From the NCBI GenBank assembly GCA_030141605.1, contig JAQGDQ010000069.1, positions 501,126 through 565,125 of the forward strand: DNA of 64,000 nt, read 5' to 3'. A program made the position numbers and the translations under genes. The notes below the pieces were generated by a model. The model made no database searches. It saw nothing but the letters and a program-made list of their open reading frames with translations, and was not told the origin of the DNA. This stretch comes from Tubiluchus corallicola (taxonomy: Eukaryota > Animalia > Priapulida). Within the stretch, counting starts at the first letter, position 1. The number at the start of each line of letters is the position of its first letter. Below are positions 59,301 through 64,000 of the stretch, one piece after another.

Positions 59301-61812
59301 ACATGCAAATCTTGCATCTAACCCACTCTTTCCTAACTTGTTAGTAGCATTCAAATTTCTAAAATAATATGTAACTTTCTCAAGTGCATTAAACTATCTG
59401 TCCAATGTATTTTATGTATTTTTGAGTTTTATATGGTATGCACTTGTATTTAGTAATAATGTTCTGTGTAGTTTATAATGAGAGGACTAAATTAAGCGTT
59501 GTTACAAAAATTGTGCTTAAATAATGACGCCTATGTTATCTTTAAATATATGTGTGCTTGCATAGCAAAATCGTCAATAATTCTGCAATTAAGCTTTTCT
59601 AGTTATTCACATATCCTGAAACTCCATTTCGTGAGGATCATTTTGATACCAAGTTCATCACTCTATGTTATTTTTAAGCTGAGACATTCCACGTTGAAGT
59701 TGAGATGCAGGCTATGCACTGAAAAATGTAAACTTGAGAAAAACGCTGTTAAAGTCAGCCATTGTTTTTTGTCGCATCTCTACCAAACACTTAACAACCG
59801 TACGAAAGTGTGGTTGTTATGGACTTTACAAGAGCAAATTGAAGTTATGTTTAAATCCAGTAGATGACTCTTCCTGACGAAGATCTGGTCTTGTCAACAG
59901 AAAAAACCTGAAGCAAAATGGCTGCTTTCACGAGCTACAATCGGAGTTAGGAAATACAAGTTTTTTTTACAGTACTAGTTTCTAGATGGAAAAGTGGGTA
60001 AAGAGTTATAAAGTTAGATTTTTAGTATTTTTGGTCATTTTTCTGATAATTTGATGCTAGAATATAAAAGTCCAATGTATTTAGCATTTGTTTTCATAAA
60101 AAAATAAAAACCAACAATTGACCAAATTTTTCGTGCTTTCTACTTTGACTTTGAAGCATCATAATGTAGTTTTAACTATGCCGACTTTTGGACGGTTTTG
60201 GTTTTCAAGCACACATATTTCACTTCTTCAAGTTTATCACACTACATATTTATTGTTTTATTAAACCAATATAGCCAGTTAACATTCTACAGCAAATGTA
60301 CTTGAAATATTAAATTTGCAGTGAACATTAGTAAATAGTTTACTTTGTTTCTTTCAGGTTGTTCGAGATCTCGGATTTAACCATTTTTCCAAGTCCATGT
60401 TAGCTTCCATTGATGACAATGGACTGGTCAACTTGTGGGATACAAATAAACGTCAGTGCATCTACAGTTATTGTATCTGCCATCATGCGCCAGGAACGGG
60501 ACTGTCTTTCTCTCCAGTTAATTATATGCTGCTCATATCAGTGGGTTTAGATAAGCAGTTCGTTTTTCACGATGTCACAACAAAAAAGTAAGTTCTCTTT
60601 AGTAAGACTGTTTTAACAACCTTAGTTTGCCATTAAAAGTTTTTGATTGTTGTTCCAAATTATACAAAGTTGATAATTCACTGAGAATGGCAATGCTGTG
60701 AATGAGAACATTTTTGTTAACTTGCTATAGACACCCTAACATTCGCTGAAATGTTTTAGTGTCCAGTCTTTCCCTAAAAGCATTTTCACTTGCATCAAAT
60801 ACTTTAGTGAAGAAATACACCATCGGAGATCTCTGTCTAGCATGTTAATAATAAAAAAACTTAATAACATTGGCCTTGTGATTCAACAAATATGACATGC
60901 AGCTGTATTAAAGTTAATATTTAACAGCATTTTATGACAAAGGCTAGATATGAACTAAATTTGGTAATACTCCACCTGGTGTTATGCTAGTCAACATTTG
61001 TGTGGTAGGTTTTGATTAATTATTTTAATAGTGTGATATATTAATTTGCTGGGTATTTGTGCATGTAAAGCAGCCTACCAGCATAACAAGAAGCCACTTA
61101 GTATCATTTATACTTGCTTCAACCAATAATAATCATCCGTTTTGCACATTAAATCACACGGGCCGGTTATTTTCTTGTCTAAGAAAGTTGTAATCCTAGG
61201 ATACTGGTTATTCTGATTTGGTATTGTCGGTTGAGCAAGGCTGCTTAATGATTGACATTCCTGCTGTATAACTCTGGAGGCTCTATGATAGTAACTTGCA
61301 ATGGCTATTTTGTTGGTTCAGGGAAATATAGTGTAATGGTTTTCTATGGTGCAATGTCGATGATGACGATGGCTAATTTAACACATGGGCATTGTAAAAG
61401 TCCGTAATCTGTATTTAATACAAAATGAAAATCAATTACAACGTGGCCATTACTGGTGACAATTTGTTTTATTGTTAGAAAGATTTATTTTAAAATTTCG
61501 ATTATATTGTTTAATATTAGGAAGTTAAGCATAAATACTGAGAATAACTGTTAATGCCAATTGCCAATTAGTGTGCTTAATAAATGATTTGCTTTTTCTT
61601 TCCCTCTGTTTTGCTCTAGAATTGTTCAAACGATGAAAGCCGATGCGCCCTTAACTTCTGTTGATCTCATGTCGGATGGATTCACGCTTGCAATGGGCAC
61701 CACTAGAGGTTTCTTATATTTGTATGATTTGCGGAAACCTAGTGTACCATTGCATAACATCCAAGCTCATCAACGACATGTGCATAAAGTTCTTTTTCAA
61801 CAACCACCAAAA
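56356..61812 (+). CDS. NEDD1: NEDD1 (gamma-TuRC targeting factor GCP-WD), N-terminal WD40 domain; six coding exons visible, gene continues beyond the window
   Basis: Exons: 56356-56476, 57557-57651, 58334-58450, 58684-58833, 60358-60587, 61620-61812. The peptides MKLATAGDVIKCWD..FNPH, KQQTCL, YLATGG, GHKASVTCVRFN..DSYVASG..NGNILLH, LASIDDNGLVNLWD, HHAPGTGLSFSPVN..LISVGLDK and ADAPLTSVDL..DG.TLAMGT.RG..Y.YDLR parallel the NEDD1 propeller. Confidence 0.93.
56477..57556 (+). other. U12-type (minor spliceosome) AT-AC intron
   Basis: 5' splice site ATATCCTTT, branch-like GCTTAAC at 57540-57546 and 3' end GTAC. Splicing gives in-frame DWSRD-G-SVIASAAKDG. Confidence 0.9.
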
Positions 61813-63254
61813 GTAAGTTTTTTAATCTGTACAGTTTAATGAGAATGAATGGCGATGAATGAATCTAAGTAGGATGAATGGAGAGGTCGTTGAAGCCTTT
61901 CTTTTCAAGATCTTGAAAAATCATAGTGCTGACAGGGTAAAGAAATTAACAATTTATAAAATTTTATTAAATAACGGACTATAATAAAATAGTAACAATT
62001 AATTTTGAATTGATGTAAATTTGATTGTATCACGGGTTCCTCAGAGTTTTGAATTTGGTAACTGAATAAATATTTTTGAAATGCCAATCACCGTTATGGA
62101 GTGATTGATGCTTTATTCCACCTAGATTCATATTCTTCTTGAGATGTGATCTTTCTTATAGTTTTTTAAATCATTTTTAACATTTTTTGTTGGACAATCG
62201 TAGCAGCAAGTTGGCGTAAAGTTGAAGTACCGCTAAACCGTGAATAGGCTGGTGCTAGAATGAGCTGAGAAAAGCGTAAATAGCAAATCTATAACATTTA
62301 CGCCGTTGGCATTGTTTTTAGAACTATGGAGTTTTGAATTTACATCTAGATGCATTTCCGTCAGATTTTGGCTTCTAAAAATGTAAATCTAAGCCATGAT
62401 TATTCATCGAATTCTAAAAAATGTTGCGTGTTTTCAACAACTTTTAAGTTTCTGCACAACATCAGCAGTAAATCTGCTGCTGAATGGCACAGGTGAATTT
62501 GCTAGGCTATTTTGCTCCAGGCACATCTATTTGATATTTGGACAAGATTTTTGAAGATCAAACGTATTTGTAAAGTATAAGCCTTCTTTTGAGAGAAATT
62601 TCCAAAAACTTTTGTTGCATCTGAAATTATTAACGCAACCTCATAAAACTAGCAAGTTGGTGAAGTTTATGCAACACCCTGTAGTAAAATGAGTCTGGTT
62701 ATTATACAGACTAGTGTTACATGGAATATGCGCACATTGTCAGTGGGTTGGTAGTGCGGCGGTTGGGTAAAATTTTAGTTTGATAAATAAGAGTTAATGC
62801 CATGAGATCTAGCGCCTGTGAACCAAAAGACTAGCAGAACTGATAAATGTAGTTTGAAATTCTCGTATTGTTATTATTAATTGTGATGTGGGACAGAACA
62901 CATTAGCTGGCTACATAACTTTCAGTAGTAACTAGTCTTAGCAGCTGTGATATGGATGAGATATATTGGGGTGATAGGGTACAGCCTGGTTTTTGGCTGG
63001 AAAAAGACAGAATTGTGAACAGAATGTTGACAACCGGTGCATAATAAAAAATGCTAGCTGTTATTTATGTAAGGTATTGAACCTCTATTTTGCAACTGCT
63101 GTTGCATAAATACATTCACCTACCCCCCTAAAATTGTTAATGCCTATAACAAATGTATGAACCTTTCTATAATTTTCTACAGACGTTACAATTTTGATTT
63201 TTGCAAAAAGTTAATTTTATAAACTCACAAAACAGTACAAAATTAGAAAGTGTG

Positions 63255-63312
63255 AAAAATGCACCTCCACTGGGACTTGAACCCAAAACTTCTGCTATCT
63301 GGTTCACTGGTC
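63255..63312 (-). mobile_element. Degenerate tRNA-derived SINE head
   Basis: Minus-strand B-box-like GGGTTCAAGTCCCAGTGGAGG; no complete cloverleaf. Confidence 0.4.
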
Positions 63313-64000
63313 ACCGATCATCCGTGATCATTGAAAAGCAGACCAATTGAAATTAGATATCTTGAAATGGAAGACTGAGATCAGAAAATTAGATAAATAT
63401 TACTTCAGGTCATTGTAACTTTTCAGCACTTTTTGCAAGAAAGAGATATTATTCGGCTAGAGATAGCCTACAAAGAGAAAAGTGATTAAACATTTCTCAG
63501 AGTTAGAAAAAAAACAGAGGTAACAGAAGCACTGTACGTAGTTTGGTGTAGCAGATACAAAGTATACAAACTTTTAACACTTTCAATTGATAATTTTTTG
63601 CTATTTCAGATTATGAACTGGTCGTTTTCGTTTCGGGTTTGTTTCGAAAAACTAATCTGATTGTTTTCAAATATGTATAGAGCAACGTTTCAAGTTAAAA
63701 TATGTCTTAAACAGCAGCAGTAAGTTTATATCACACACTCAGAAAGGTATTAAATAAGGTATTCTTAAAACAAAAAAATGAAAGCGAAACGTTGCCATAT
63801 TTATTTCTAAATTTAAATGAAACTACTGTTGGCACAACGAAAGCTGTTGAACATACTTAGATTTCATTTTCCACATGCACATCTTTGTGGATTCAAAGTA
63901 CATAATCAACTAATGTAAATACTTGCAGAAAAATGTATATATTAAGTATTGTCGTATACATAGTTAGATAAAATGTAAATGTTCTCAATGCAGAATATAC

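Overview
AT-rich genomic DNA from a non-vertebrate animal with spliceosomal introns. There are three conserved multi-exon genes, all on the + strand. These are the 3' part of a copine (CPNE5/8/9 type, 1342-9771, with one GC-AG intron), a complete INTS13/asunder coding sequence (33869-48815, 17 coding exons) and the 5' WD40 part of NEDD1 (from 56356), whose first coding intron is a U12-type AT-AC intron. The ~23 kb between copine and INTS13 is a mosaic of abruptly joined transposon and virus-like fragments: hAT, piggyBac, BEL/Pao, Gypsy, Polinton-type pPolB, three LINE ORF1s, pogo and Ginger2. Nearly all of them code on the - strand, which resembles a uni-strand piRNA cluster. At its right end is an intact, intronless, poly(A)-tailed 314-aa orphan ORF that looks like a retroposed mRNA, possibly a negative-strand RNA virus phosphoprotein-like gene. 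It lies head-to-head with INTS13. A TIR-bounded Ginger2-like element (31351-33725) and a non-coding LTR retroelement with 1.2-kb LTRs (50058-53159) flank INTS13, and both carry the same 5-bp target-site duplication, ATGGT. All assignments come from reading the sequence and recalling family motifs; no database search was run.
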